A stretch of DNA of 62,200 bases, the filler included, from Babesia bigemina (taxonomy: Eukaryota), in NCBI RefSeq assembly GCF_000981445.1. It is 8 parts of 8 records of this genome, joined end to end, with 100 filler letters (N's around TTAATTAATTAA, not from the genome) between each part and the next. Parts side by side here need not be neighbours in the genome. Positions count along the whole stretch, not along the records: positions 1 to 3,989 come from NW_012237189.1; positions 4,090 to 9,810 come from NW_012237190.1; 6 more parts are not named here. One strand, written 5' to 3'. Of the stretch, positions 1 to 9,910 are shown piece by piece (position 1 is the first letter of the stretch; each line of letters starts with the position of its first letter). The notes under the pieces are model-generated. The model did no database searches and had not been told where the DNA came from. It saw nothing but the letters and a program-made list of their open reading frames with translations. The position numbers and the translations under genes were made by a program.

Positions 1-1896
1 CACAAAATCAAAAAGCTTCTGATTAGCGACGATTACAAGCATATATACCACACAGATAAAGACACCAAACTTGCGCTTCAGATGCTGAACGAGCACCTTA
101 ACGATTACTATCAAGTCTGTCACGTCTCAACGTTTGCTGCCAAGAAGCGGCCATGTAACGTGTTCGAAATACTTTGTTGGCTGTCAGGGCTTCCATGCAG
201 TTCCGTTTATGAAGAAGTTCTGCGTGATGCTGTGAGTGAATTATTTGAGGATCCAAATAAACAGGTCGCAGCAGATCTCGACGGGTTTGAGATAACTGTT
301 ACAGACATGAGAGATGACTTCCTCCCAGCGCATCCAAACAACATGTTATATGATGATACACGGAAAGCGGTGATGCGTTTGTGCTCAAAGTCATATGACG
401 TTCTGACCAGAATCGTCGGTTACGGAAATGCTCATACCATGTACGCCGTCGACTACTGCGCCAATTCGCTTAACTTTCACTACCCATCCAAGGGCGAAGA
501 TTGCCTCCAGATGCTACTGGATGTCCTAAGCAGGTTGTACCCGCCACTGAGATTTTTGTATAGGCAATGTAGCATCGGTGCTCAACACTACGGGTGGGCC
601 GATTGTGTATACGGCCAGAACGTCCCATCAGCTAAATGGCAATGTAACGAGCACCCAAAAGACAAAGCAACGAGCCAAGTAGGGTGTTTGCCAACGTGCC
701 AGGCAAATACCCAACCAAATTGCCAACCAAACTCCCCTTTAATGAGCTACCTCAACGACTGCTTACCTGGCCACTTGCCTCATCATGTCAGTTCCATAGG
801 GTGTAGAGCTGTATGTTCAACGTGCCCGAAAGCTAAGAAGGGTATGCCGTGTTTGACACCTCTCGGTTTCAGGGGGTTTTCTGGTAGTGAGAAGACGGGT
901 AGAGCATTATGTGAGATGCTAGAAAATTTCTTCGCAAACTCATATATAACAACGCTATTTTGCTTAATGACTAAACCGCCCTCATCGCTACCCGAGCACT
1001 TCAATTTTGCCGTCTCATTAGTTAATGTGCTGAATAGTAATACGGATTCTGGTACCGATGCTATCAAAACGGCTTTTGAAATCACAACCAAACAGTTGTC
1101 CATTGACTTATATAAGGAGACAACCAAACTCACAGGTGCGCTTAGTGCCGCTTATGGCAACAGTCAGAGTAGTCATAATGCAAGTAATCATATTCCAAAA
1201 TCGGCTGATATGTCGAGCCTCGCGATGAGTCAGTCATGTATGCTTGCAATCGAAGATAACGTCCACTGCGGGCCGTACCTGCAGACCCTATTCTGCGACA
1301 CGTACTACTACATCGCAGCTAAACATACTAACGTGTATCTCTCATGGGCCGTTTATCTACCATGGACACTGTATGACTATCTTAAATCATTGTTTGATTC
1401 ATTCAGCAGTATCTCTTGCCAAGATTGGGGATGCAGCACATGCGTCGACGGCAGCTCTTGTAAACCGGGCAAGCACGGCGATGGCTACGGCTGCAAGTGC
1501 CGATCGCTGGTGGGATGCCGCGGTGTGATGAGCATTTTATACAGTTACGGCTTCACATTTGGCGACGTCAAAAAATTGTTATCCGGTGATCAAAGAAGAT
1601 ACTGCCGTAACCTGTACGCGCAATTACAAAACGTACTAAAATCGCAATATTTCACCAAATTATTTGAGGAATGTGACAACTTCATTTGGACTATCAGACA
1701 ACCCTTCTCCTACCTTGTCCTTACCCTCTGGCTCCTCTCTTTCCTGTACCTCATCCACATCATGGTCATCCGCCTAGACCTCCTCCACATCAAATCGCAT
1801 CTACATAGTCCCTCGAGTCATAGGATTGCTGCTCAATCACTACTCGCCGCTGCACGTGTTAACAAGCTTAACAGAGTGTTTTACCTGCAGCCATAA
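1..1896 (+). CDS. ves: ves/VESA-like variant erythrocyte surface antigen, 3' part (class A tail ...RVFYLQP); 5' end lies outside the window
   Basis: Frame is open from base 1. Cys-rich C-terminal domain (SPLMSYLNDCLPGHLPH, CLTPLGFRGFSGS), a TM segment and the family tail RLDLLHIKSHLHSPSSHRIAAQSLLAAARVNKLNRVFYLQP, shared with paralogues in this window. Confidence 0.85.
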   Translation, partial: HKIKKLLISDDYKHIYHTDKDTKLALQMLNEHLNDYYQVCHVSTFAAKKRPCNVFEILCWLSGLPCSSVYEEVLRDAVSELFEDPNKQVAADLDGFEITVTDMRDDFLPAHPNNMLYDDTRKAVMRLCSKSYDVLTRIVGYGNAHTMYAVDYCANSLNFHYPSKGEDCLQMLLDVLSRLYPPLRFLYRQCSIGAQHYGWADCVYGQNVPSAKWQCNEHPKDKATSQVGCLPTCQANTQPNCQPNSPLMSYLNDCLPGHLPHHVSSIGCRAVCSTCPKAKKGMPCLTPLGFRGFSGSEKTGRALCEMLENFFANSYITTLFCLMTKPPSSLPEHFNFAVSLVNVLNSNTDSGTDAIKTAFEITTKQLSIDLYKETTKLTGALSAAYGNSQSSHNASNHIPKSADMSSLAMSQSCMLAIEDNVHCGPYLQTLFCDTYYYIAAKHTNVYLSWAVYLPWTLYDYLKSLFDSFSSISCQDWGCSTCVDGSSCKPGKHGDGYGCKCRSLVGCRGVMSILYSYGFTFGDVKKLLSGDQRRYCRNLYAQLQNVLKSQYFTKLFEECDNFIWTIRQPFSYLVLTLWLLSFLYLIHIMVIRLDLLHIKSHLHSPSSHRIAAQSLLAAARVNKLNRVFYLQP

Positions 1897-2023
1897 TCGT
1901 ACTCACGTGTTTACTACCTACACTCACCTAGCATATCACCTACTCACCTAACTCATGAATTGTACTTTAATCTGTTGCATCACTCACTAATCGTTGTATG
2001 TGATTGTGTAGTAGTTAACTAAA
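1897..2023 (+). promoter_or_regulatory. Conserved class A ves 3' flank (putative 3' UTR)
   Basis: Near-identical TCGTACTCACGTGTTTAC...TTAACTAAAG block after the stops at 12511, 21903 and 58258. Confidence 0.6.
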
Positions 2024-2170
2024 GTGCTGACCAAGATGCTGACCAAGATGCTGACCAAGATGCTGACCAAAGTGTTGACCAACGTGTTGACCAATGTGCT
2101 GACCAAGGTGCTGACCAATGCCATGACCAACGTGGTGACCAATGCCACGACCTACCACCTGACCAAGTTG
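2024..2170 (+). repeat. 12-bp minisatellite (GTGCTGACCAAN)n
   Basis: Visible TGACCAA periodicity of 12 nt. Confidence 0.9.
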
Positions 2171-2171
2171 A

Positions 2172-2320
2172 TGGTCACGGCAGCGATGACATGGTCACGG
2201 CAGCGGTGACATAATTACGGCAGCGACGTCATGGTCACGGCATGGATGACATGGACACGGCAGCGATGACATGGTCACGGCAGCGATGACATGGTCACGG
2301 CAGCGATGACATGGTGACCA
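2172..2320 (+). repeat. 20-bp minisatellite (GGTCACGGCAGCGATGACAT)n
   Basis: Direct tandem copies. Confidence 0.9.
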
Positions 2321-2345
2321 AGCAGATGACCTAAGTAATGATTAT

Positions 2346-3150
2346 TATCCACTCTACATCGCCCCTTATCCACTCTACATCGCTCCCTAATCCACTCCAC
2401 ATCGCCCCTTTATCCACTCTACATCGCTCCCTAACCCACTCTACATCGCTCCCTAACCCACTCCACATCGCTCCTTTACTTACTCTACATCGCCCCTTAA
2501 CCCACTCTACATCGCCCCTTTATCCACTCTACATCGCCCCTTTATCCACTCTACATCGCTCCCTAACCCACTCTACATCGCTCCCTAACCCACTCCACAT
2601 CGCTCCTTTACTTACTCTACATCGCCCCTTAACCCACTCTACATCGCTCCTTAACCCACTCTACATCGCCCCTTTACCCACTCTACATCGCCCCTTAACC
2701 CACTCTACATCGCCCCTTAACCCACTCTACATCGCCCCTTTACCCACTCCACATCGCCCCTTTATCCACTCCACATCGCCCCTTTATCCACTCTACATCG
2801 CCCCTTTACCCACTCTACATCGCCTCTTTATCCACTCCACATCGCTCCCTAATCCACCCTACATCGCTCCTTTATCCACTCTACATCGCTCCTCTACCCA
2901 CTCTACATCGCTCCCTAATCCACTCCACATCGCTCCCTAACCCACTCTACATCGCCTCTTTATCCACTCTACATCGCCCCTTTATCCACTCTACATCGCC
3001 CCTTACCCACTCCACATCGCTCCCTAACCCACTCTACATCGCTCCCTAACCCACTCTACATCGCCCCTTTATCCACTCTACATCGCTCCCTAACCCACTC
3101 CACATCGCCCCTTAACCCACTCTACATCGCCCCTTTATCCACTCTACATC
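2346..3150 (+). repeat. ~21-bp C-rich/G-rich minisatellite (CCACTCTACATCGCYCCYTWA)n
   Basis: Tandem copies directly upstream of the ves leader. Confidence 0.95.
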
Positions 3151-3178
3151 CTTCGAATCACCTCGCCATAATACCGCT

Positions 3179-3969
3179 ATGACCTCTATAAACCATCACA
3201 ATAACTTGTGCCTTGTCACCCTTCACTTCCCCTCTTCCACCTCTTGCCACTGCCCTGACCATGTGCCGCCTGGGGAGCTTGACAAGAAATTTGACTAAAT
3301 TTTGAACCTCAAAAATACCTCAAATAACAACCCTACTAACATCCTTACTAACCTCTGCACCGGCCTCGAGAAATTCCTCGGCTTCGACTCTGCTTCCAAA
3401 GGCTACACGGCCAGGGGATTGTGTACTCTGACCTGGACAGGCTGTGTGACGGGGTGATGGGATTTTTGAGTGGTGTGCTTAAGGATGTCAGCGAGAAACA
3501 GCCTTACAGTGTGGGTAAAACAATGCTAAAAAATCTTGTAAGTAATGAAATTAACAAACATCTTTGCTCAGGGCACGATGGCTTTAAAAGGCTTTTCGAA
3601 AAGTTGCCCAAGGAAATCGAGAAGTACAACAGAGAAGTGAGAGAGTCCAATGAGAAAGTTAGTACGCCAATTAAGAAACTACAAGAAGAGATCAAAGAGC
3701 TCGAAAAACAGGTAAGTGATATATTAAATGATAATGCTGTTTCAGCTGATTTTGATGTCATCGGCAATGCAGTCTCCCAGGCCATGCCCTTGGTGCAGAA
3801 GTCTCTTGATCAAGGTGCTGCCCTTGACAATAGCTTGAAGAACGTAAATTTCGACATCATTGACTTAAATGCTAATTTGAGTGCTAGAGTTATTAGTGCA
3901 TTGAAATCTGTGAGGCATGAGAATAGGCAACTGGACGACCAGTCTAAAAAAGCGCTGGACGATAGAGAA
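3179..3969 (+). pseudogene. ves: ves-like N-terminal fragment with a premature stop and a frameshift, truncated by the contig end
   Basis: ATG at 3179 reads MTSINHHNNLCLVTLHFPSSTSCHCPDHVPPGELDKKFD* (TAA 3296-3298; the paralogue at 44149 has K there). A 1-nt loss near 3409 precedes VYSDLDRLCDGVMGFLSGVL. Confidence 0.65.
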
Positions 3970-3989
3970 AACGAATCAAGCTGTTCTCG

Positions 3990-4089
3990 NNNNNNNNNNN
4001 NNNNNNNNNNNNNNNNNNNNNNNNNNNNNNNNNTTAATTAATTAANNNNNNNNNNNNNNNNNNNNNNNNNNNNNNNNNNNNNNNNNNNN
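3990..4089. other. Artificial contig linker (N-TTAATTAATTAA-N); repeated at 9811-9910, 15763-15862, 20799-20898, 29015-29114, 31062-31161 and 42378-42477
   Basis: Seven identical 100-nt spacers, each with a six-frame stop cassette. Confidence 0.97.
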
Positions 4090-4820
4090 TGCCGTAACCA
4101 TGTCATCGCTGCCGTGACCATGTCACCGCTGCCGTAACCATCAACTTGGTCACCACGTTGGTCAACACGTTGGTTATGGCATTGGCCACCACTTTGGTCA
4201 GCACATTGGTCAGCACTGTCATCGCTGCCGTGACCATGTCACCGCTGCCGTGACCATGTCATCGCTGCCGTAACCATCAACTGTCATCGCTGCCGTGACC
4301 ATCAACTGTCATCGCTGCCGTAACCATGTCATCGCTGCCGTAACCATCAACTGTCATCGCTGCCGTGACCACCAACTGTCATCGCTGCCGTAACCATCAA
4401 CTGTCATCGCTGCCGTGACCACCAACTGTCATCGCTGCCGTGACCATCAACTTGGTCAGCACTTTGGTCATCACCTTGGTCAACACGTTGGTCATCACCT
4501 TGGTCATCACCTTGGTCAACACGTTGGTCGTGGCATTGGTCAGCACTTTGGTCACCACTTAGGTCAGGTGCTTGGTCAGCACATTGGTCAACACATTGGT
4601 CACCACTTTGGTCAGCACGTTGGTCAGCACATTGGTCATGGCATTGGTCAGCACACTGGTCAGCACGTTGGTCAACACTTTGGGCAGCATCTTGGTCAAC
4701 ACTTTGGTCATGGCATTGGTCAGGTGCTTGGTCACCACTTTGGTCACCACTTTGGTCAGCACGTTGGTCAGCACTTTGGTCAGCACTTTGGTCATGGCAT
4801 TGGTCAGGTGCTTGATCACC
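4090..4820 (-). repeat. 20-bp (with longer variant units) and 12-bp minisatellites in reverse orientation
   Basis: TGTCATCGCTGCCGTRACCA units to ~4450, then TTGGTCAGCACN units. Confidence 0.9.
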
Positions 4821-4943
4821 TCACTGGTCATGTAATTAGTCATCAATGCAATCACTATCCTGTCTAGAACATTAGAAGTCAGTTGCCAGTTAGGTGATCT
4901 GTGGGATGTGGATTACGAAAATTGCGCTAACAAATCGCTGGTA

Positions 4944-5132
4944 TTAGCTGTAGAACGCGATGCAGAAGGGTATCTTGCGTACGAGGAAATCGCGGATGTT
5001 GCGGCCCACCGGGAAGCGGAAGATGCACAGGTCGAGCAGGATGATGGCGACGATGACGGCAACGATGACGGCGGCGATGGCGGAGTAGGGAGGGGGGGAA
5101 GTAGTTACTTCACTGCTCATGTAATTGGTCAT
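4944..5132 (-). CDS. Type X TM-tail cassette / possible microprotein (MTNYMSSEVTTSPPPYSAIAAVIVAVIVAIILLDLCIFRFPVGRNIRDFLVRKIPFCIAFYS)
   Basis: Near-exact copy of the C-terminus of the Cys-rich gene at 5437-5979, with an in-frame ATG. Confidence 0.4.
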   Translation of the reverse strand: MTNYMSSEVTTSPPPYSAIAAVIVAVIVAIILLDLCIFRFPVGRNIRDFLVRKIPFCIAFYS

Positions 5133-5192
5133 CAACGCAATAGTTACATTGTCTAGCACATTACATGTCAGTTGCCAGTTAGGTTATTGTGA

Positions 5193-5351
5193 TTAGCTGC
5201 GCAGTAGATACCTCACCCTGTGGAACGGCCGGATGCGGAAGTAGATCATGACGCAGATGACGACGATGATGAGGGCGACGGGGACGATGATGTAAGGGGC
5301 GGGGCAAGTAGTCACCTCACTGCTCATGTGATTTGTCATCAACGCAATCAT
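5193..5351 (-). CDS. Type Y TM cassette / possible 52-aa microprotein (MIALMTNHMSSEVTTCPAPYIIVPVALIIVVICVMIYFRIRPFHRVRYLLRS)
   Basis: Translated by hand. Hydrophobic stretch followed by a basic tail; homologue at 47037-47153. Confidence 0.4.
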   Translation of the reverse strand: MIALMTNHMSSEVTTCPAPYIIVPVALIIVVICVMIYFRIRPFHRVRYLLRS

Positions 5352-5436
5352 TGCTGTCTACAACATTAGATGTGAGTTGCCAGTTAGTAATCGGTGGGAT
5401 TTGGATTACGATGTTTGCACTAACAAATTGTCGAGA

Positions 5437-5979
5437 TCAGCTGTAAAACGCGATGCAGAAGGGTATCTTGCGTACGAGGAAATCGCGGATGTTGCGGCCC
5501 ACCGGGAAGCGGAAGATGCACAGGTCGAGCAGGATGATGGCGACGATGATGGCAACGATGACGGCGGCGATGGCTTGAGGGTTAGGGGGGGACGGTGTGG
5601 AGGCTTCTGGATTAGGAACGTCGATGGCATTTTCTTGATCGCTGGTGCCACGTTGTTCACTGGTCTGAGGCTCAGCACCGGGGGAAGTATGTGAAGTCTG
5701 TGGACCGGGGGGAAGGGGGGGAGGAATTTGCTTGCAGACGGGATCATCCTCTGAACATTTCTTTACACAACATTCACATTTACAGTTTTTCTCATTGCCT
5801 GCGCATTGTTTCTTACATTTTGAATCCTCGCAGTCGTAAGACCTCCGGCGTGCTTGTCGCGTTACGAAATATCCGTAACATTCACCGCAATAGTCACTCT
5901 TACATGTTTTACAACACCATGGACAACAATCACAAAAATTGCCCATTCGACATGTATTACCACAAATACACTTCCCCAT
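5437..5979 (-). CDS. Small Cys-rich protein with Pro-rich linker and C-terminal TM anchor (~180 aa)
   Basis: AAG-ATG start; CICxxxCRMGxxCxCCPWCC and CKCECC motifs; paralogues at 47578-48135 and 28571-29014 keep frame and Cys spacing. Confidence 0.7.
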   Translation of the reverse strand: MGKCICGNTCRMGNFCDCCPWCCKTCKSDYCGECYGYFVTRQARRRSYDCEDSKCKKQCAGNEKNCKCECCVKKCSEDDPVCKQIPPPLPPGPQTSHTSPGAEPQTSEQRGTSDQENAIDVPNPEASTPSPPNPQAIAAVIVAIIVAIILLDLCIFRFPVGRNIRDFLVRKIPFCIAFYS

Positions 5980-5994
5980 CTTCTCCCTCCCTTC

Positions 5995-6305
5995 CCAGTC
6001 ACTCAACCTGCTAACATATCAATCACCTATGCAAGCACTCACCAACTGCAACACTACCACTGCCGCTCCCAGTCCCCTCAACCTGCGAACATCAATCACC
6101 TAGAAACGCACTCACCAACTGCACACGTACCACTGCCGCTCCCAGTCCCCTCAGCCTGCAAGCATATCAATCACACAAGCAACGCACTCACCAACTGCAA
6201 CACGTACCACTGCCGCTCCCACTCCCCTCAACCTGCAAGCATATCAGTCACTCAAGCAGCACTCACCAACTGCAACACTACCACTGCCGCTCCCACTCCC
6301 CTCAT
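5995..6305 (-). repeat. ~75-bp tandem repeat (~4 units), each resembling a mini-intron plus short exon
   Basis: Minus strand of 6008-6042 reads GTGAGTGCTTGCATAGGTGATTGATATGTTAGCAG. Confidence 0.8.
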
Positions 6306-6815
6306 CAACACTCACCCTCACCGCTGTATCCCCCCAGCCCAGGCCACCGACACCCACGCTGCCCGGGATACCACAGCTGCACCTGACGCGACGCATGTCA
6401 TCAGCACCAACTGTCACTCTAAATTATTCACTATTCGCAACGCCATAAAAATTGCAGCGAGCCGTGCGCTCAACTCCCACAGTGCAGCAGCGCCGTGCTA
6501 CGAGCCGCGGTATAGACGCCATACTGGCGGAGTGCGTTGGCTACGTGCCTAAATGTGATATTAACAATCGCTACATCGCTGCCAATATACGCTACTTAAC
6601 CAGGCCAACGCGTATTACGCCACCCTGCCAGTGACTCGCAACACACGACTTAGGTCACCCGCCGCGGCCATCACGGCCGCCTACGTTAGCGACCAATCAC
6701 CCAGCCTCACATGACACTGACTCAATGGGCAACGCGGACGCCTCTCACAGTCAACGCGTAATACAACGCACCAGGCAATCAACGTGCTACAACACCCACC
6801 AAATTACGGTTCATC
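6306..6815. promoter_or_regulatory. Conserved non-repetitive block, candidate promoter / 5' exon of the Cys-rich gene unit
   Basis: Highly similar to 17386-17870 and 49880-50350, always between the same two arrays; indels break any shared ORF. Confidence 0.45.
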
Positions 6816-6816
6816 C

Positions 6817-7320
6817 GCCAGCTTAGCACTTTGCCTGGGTGCCAACTTAGCACTTTGCCTGGTTGCCAGCTTAGCATATCGCCTGGTTGCTAGCTTAGCA
6901 CTTTGCCTGCTTGCTAGCTTACCACTTTGCCTGGGTGCTAGGTTAACACTTTGCCAGGTTGCTAGGTTACCACGTTGCCTGCGTGCTAGGTTACCACGTT
7001 GCCTGGGTGCTAGCTTAGCACTTTGCCTGAGTGCTAGGTTACCACTTTGCCTGCTTGCTAGCTTACCACTTTGCCTGGGTGCTAGGTTAACACTTTGCCA
7101 GGTTGCTAGGTTACCACGTTGCCTGCGTGCTAGGTTACCACGTTGCCTGGGTGCTAGCTTAGCACTTTGCCTGAGTGCTAGGTTACCACTTTGCCTGCGT
7201 GCTAGGTTAGCACTTTGCCTGTGTGCCAGCTTAACACTTTGCCTGGTTGCTAGCTTAGCACTTTGCCTGGGTGCTAGGTTACCACGTTGACTGGTTGCTA
7301 GGTTGCCACGTTGCTTGGTC
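6817..7320. repeat. 21-bp palindrome-bearing minisatellite (TGCTAGCTTAGCACTTTGCCTGG-type)
   Basis: Tandem 21-mers, with an internal 147-bp higher-order duplication. Confidence 0.9.
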
Positions 7321-7472
7321 GTTCAGTCATCACCTAATCTAGGTGCTATTTAGTTCACAGGTTGCCGCTAGAGTAATTCGAGACATTATGCTACGTTTGT
7401 CGGTTAGGTGAGTAGGTGATTCGCTAAGTGAGTTGTTACGTGAGTTACAGTGAATTACAAATGTGACGATGA

Positions 7473-9798
7473 TCACGGTTGCAGGTACGATATCTTGGCA
7501 AGCCTTCCGACTTGCGCTGCCGCCAACAATGATTGCGCCGTTATCTTGTGCGACGACGGTATCCTCAGGTGCGATTTGATGTGGAGCACATCCAGTCTGC
7601 CAACCATTACGCAGATGAGGTAGAAGAGAGATAGTGACCAGAGCGCGACGTTAAGCCATATAAACGGCTGTCTGATGGTGAATATGAATTCATCGCACTT
7701 TTGGAGGAGGTCCTTGAAAAATTGTGAATTGAGAATATTCTCAAGTTGTTTGCAGAAATCGTGGCAATACCTCAGTTCATTCTCGTCCAACAATTTTTTC
7801 GCGTCGCCGAATGCGAATCCATAACTGTAGAAAGTGCTTTGCACTCCGCGGCATTTGACGACACTCCAGCATCTGCAGTTGTAGTCCGTTCCGTGTTTGC
7901 CCGTCTTGCATTTGTCACCTTTTAAGCAACCACTGCAGCCCCAGTCCTGGCAGGATATACTGCAGAAGGAATCGTACAGGGTTTTCAGATAATTCCAAAA
8001 TTGCCACGGCAAGTATATCGCCCAGGACAAGTACAGGTTACAATGCTTCTCGGCGAGTGAATAATAGGAATCCTGGTGTAGAGATTGAAGGTAGGGACCA
8101 CAGAAAATATTGTCGGTCTTAGGAAGCATACATGAGTTGTTCATCGATAAACTGGATAACGGGGCATGTTTAGGTTCCCCACTGGTATGACTGTGGTCAG
8201 ACTGCGTATTACCATAGGCACCGCTAAGCGCATCGGTCAGCTCCATGGGATTTTCGTACAGGCGAATAGATGCGCTTTCGATCGATTTTATAAATGCTGC
8301 ACTGACGCCATTACCGCCGGAGCTTTTACCTTTATGCAACATATTACCCAACTGCAACGCAAAGTTGAAGTGCTCCGGTAGTGTAGACGGCGGCCTGGGT
8401 ATAAGGCACAAAAGGGACGACACTAGGCCGCTACCCAAAAATAGCCTGATGCTTTCGCATATATCCATACCTGTCTTCGTTGACCCAGAAAATCCTCTAA
8501 ATCCGAAGGGCATTCGGCACGGCATTCCAGGGCTATTGGAAGGGCATGTCTTACATTCAGACTTGCAACCCACCGTCACTATCTGATGCGGCAAATGAGC
8601 AGATAGGCAGTCATTTAGATAAGACATCAATGGCGATGTTGGTTGGCAAGTTGTTTTGCATTTTGGTTTACACTTTGTCTGGCACGTTGCTTCGTACGTT
8701 GCTTTGTCGCTTGAGTGGTCGCTACACGGCCACTTGGCTGTCGGTACGTCCCTGCCGTACTTACAATTTCGCCAACCGTAATACGTATCGGTAACGTTAC
8801 AGCGGTGGAACAAATATTGCAGCTGCGGTAGAAGTCTACGCAGGATATCGAGGAGCGTATTTAGGCAGTCCTCACCGCCAGCGGGATATTTCAAATTGAG
8901 GGTGTTGCTTGGGAAGTCACAAGCGTACACGGTGGAAGCGTTGCCATGTCCGACGATGGGGGCCAATACGTCGTATGCTTTCGAACAGATGTGATCTATC
9001 GTCCTAGCCGTATTCTTGTAGGTGATGTTACTCGGGTATGCATCTATATGTGAAGTCTGGAGGTCAAACACGGGGAACTCAAAGCCGTCACCCGCTTCCT
9101 TCGTCTGCTTCGCCGGGTCTTTAAATGGCGCACTGAGACCGTCTTCTAATAGCGCGTCGTAAACCGGATTGTGAGGAAGGCCTGTAAGCCATACAAGCAT
9201 TTCGTATACATTGCAAGGTGTCCTAGGTCTAGGGCGGATGGGGAAGTGGCACACTTCGAAGTAGCGATTGAGGTGCGTGACGAGATCCTTTAGTGCCCCT
9301 TCGTAGTTTTTATCATCGTGGCTGCTGTACACTCTCCCACTGCGACGGATAAGTCGGCCTAGGATATGCTCGCCGGTCATATCACTTTTGTCCTGTAGCT
9401 CGCCATTTTGCTCATCAAAGTTTGAAACTACATATCCCATTTCAGCGAACAGTCTGCCAATGTCAGTATCTTTGTTGATTCGTTTCTTTTGCAGAACTCG
9501 GCAGTTGGATTTCAACGTATGAAGCGAAACGTCAATGGTGCGGAGCACCGTGAGGAACACCTTAGACAACCTGGTGCCTTCGTCAGTCAGATCATATTTT
9601 ATTTCAAGTTTACCAACGCTAGATACATGTTGGAGGTTTTTTATTAGCTCAGCACCGAAAGTCTCGCTATCATACACGCTTAGGTAGGCCTTCGCTAGCT
9701 CCTGGCACATCCCCTGCACGCCCTTTTTAAGACAGTCGAGCAGGGGGTTGCTAGCGTCGGAGTAGGATGCGGGGCGGATGGTGCGAGGAGGGGGAAAG
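7473..9798 (-). CDS. ves: ves/VESA-like gene, 3' part (class B tail ...AKISYLQP); 5' truncated by the contig end
   Basis: The 748-aa ORF extends upstream (IRPASYSDASNPLLDCLKKG). Tail RLDVLHIKSHLRIPSSHKITAQSLLAAAQVGRLAKISYLQP. Confidence 0.85.
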
Positions 9799-9910
9799 GA
9801 CGATCTCTGANNNNNNNNNNNNNNNNNNNNNNNNNNNNNNNNNNNNNNNNNNNNTTAATTAATTAANNNNNNNNNNNNNNNNNNNNNNNNNNNNNNNNNN
9901 NNNNNNNNNN

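Noticed and set aside
2024..2940. Repeat-derived ORFs (LTKV/LVST/GQHF, HSTSPL, LALCL, TNCNT types; also at 4415, 6784, 12599, 17751, 28150, 46305, 48766)
   Set aside because: They are translations of minisatellites, open in several frames and strands, with frame shifts following unit-length changes.
3421..4041. ORFs running into or through N linkers (also 9859, 31110, 42422), and gene order across linkers
   Set aside because: Contig joins are arbitrary, so adjacency across them is not biological evidence.
4034..4045. TTAATTAATTAA as a biological motif
   Set aside because: It is always centred in identical N spacers and is an assembly linker with stops in all frames.
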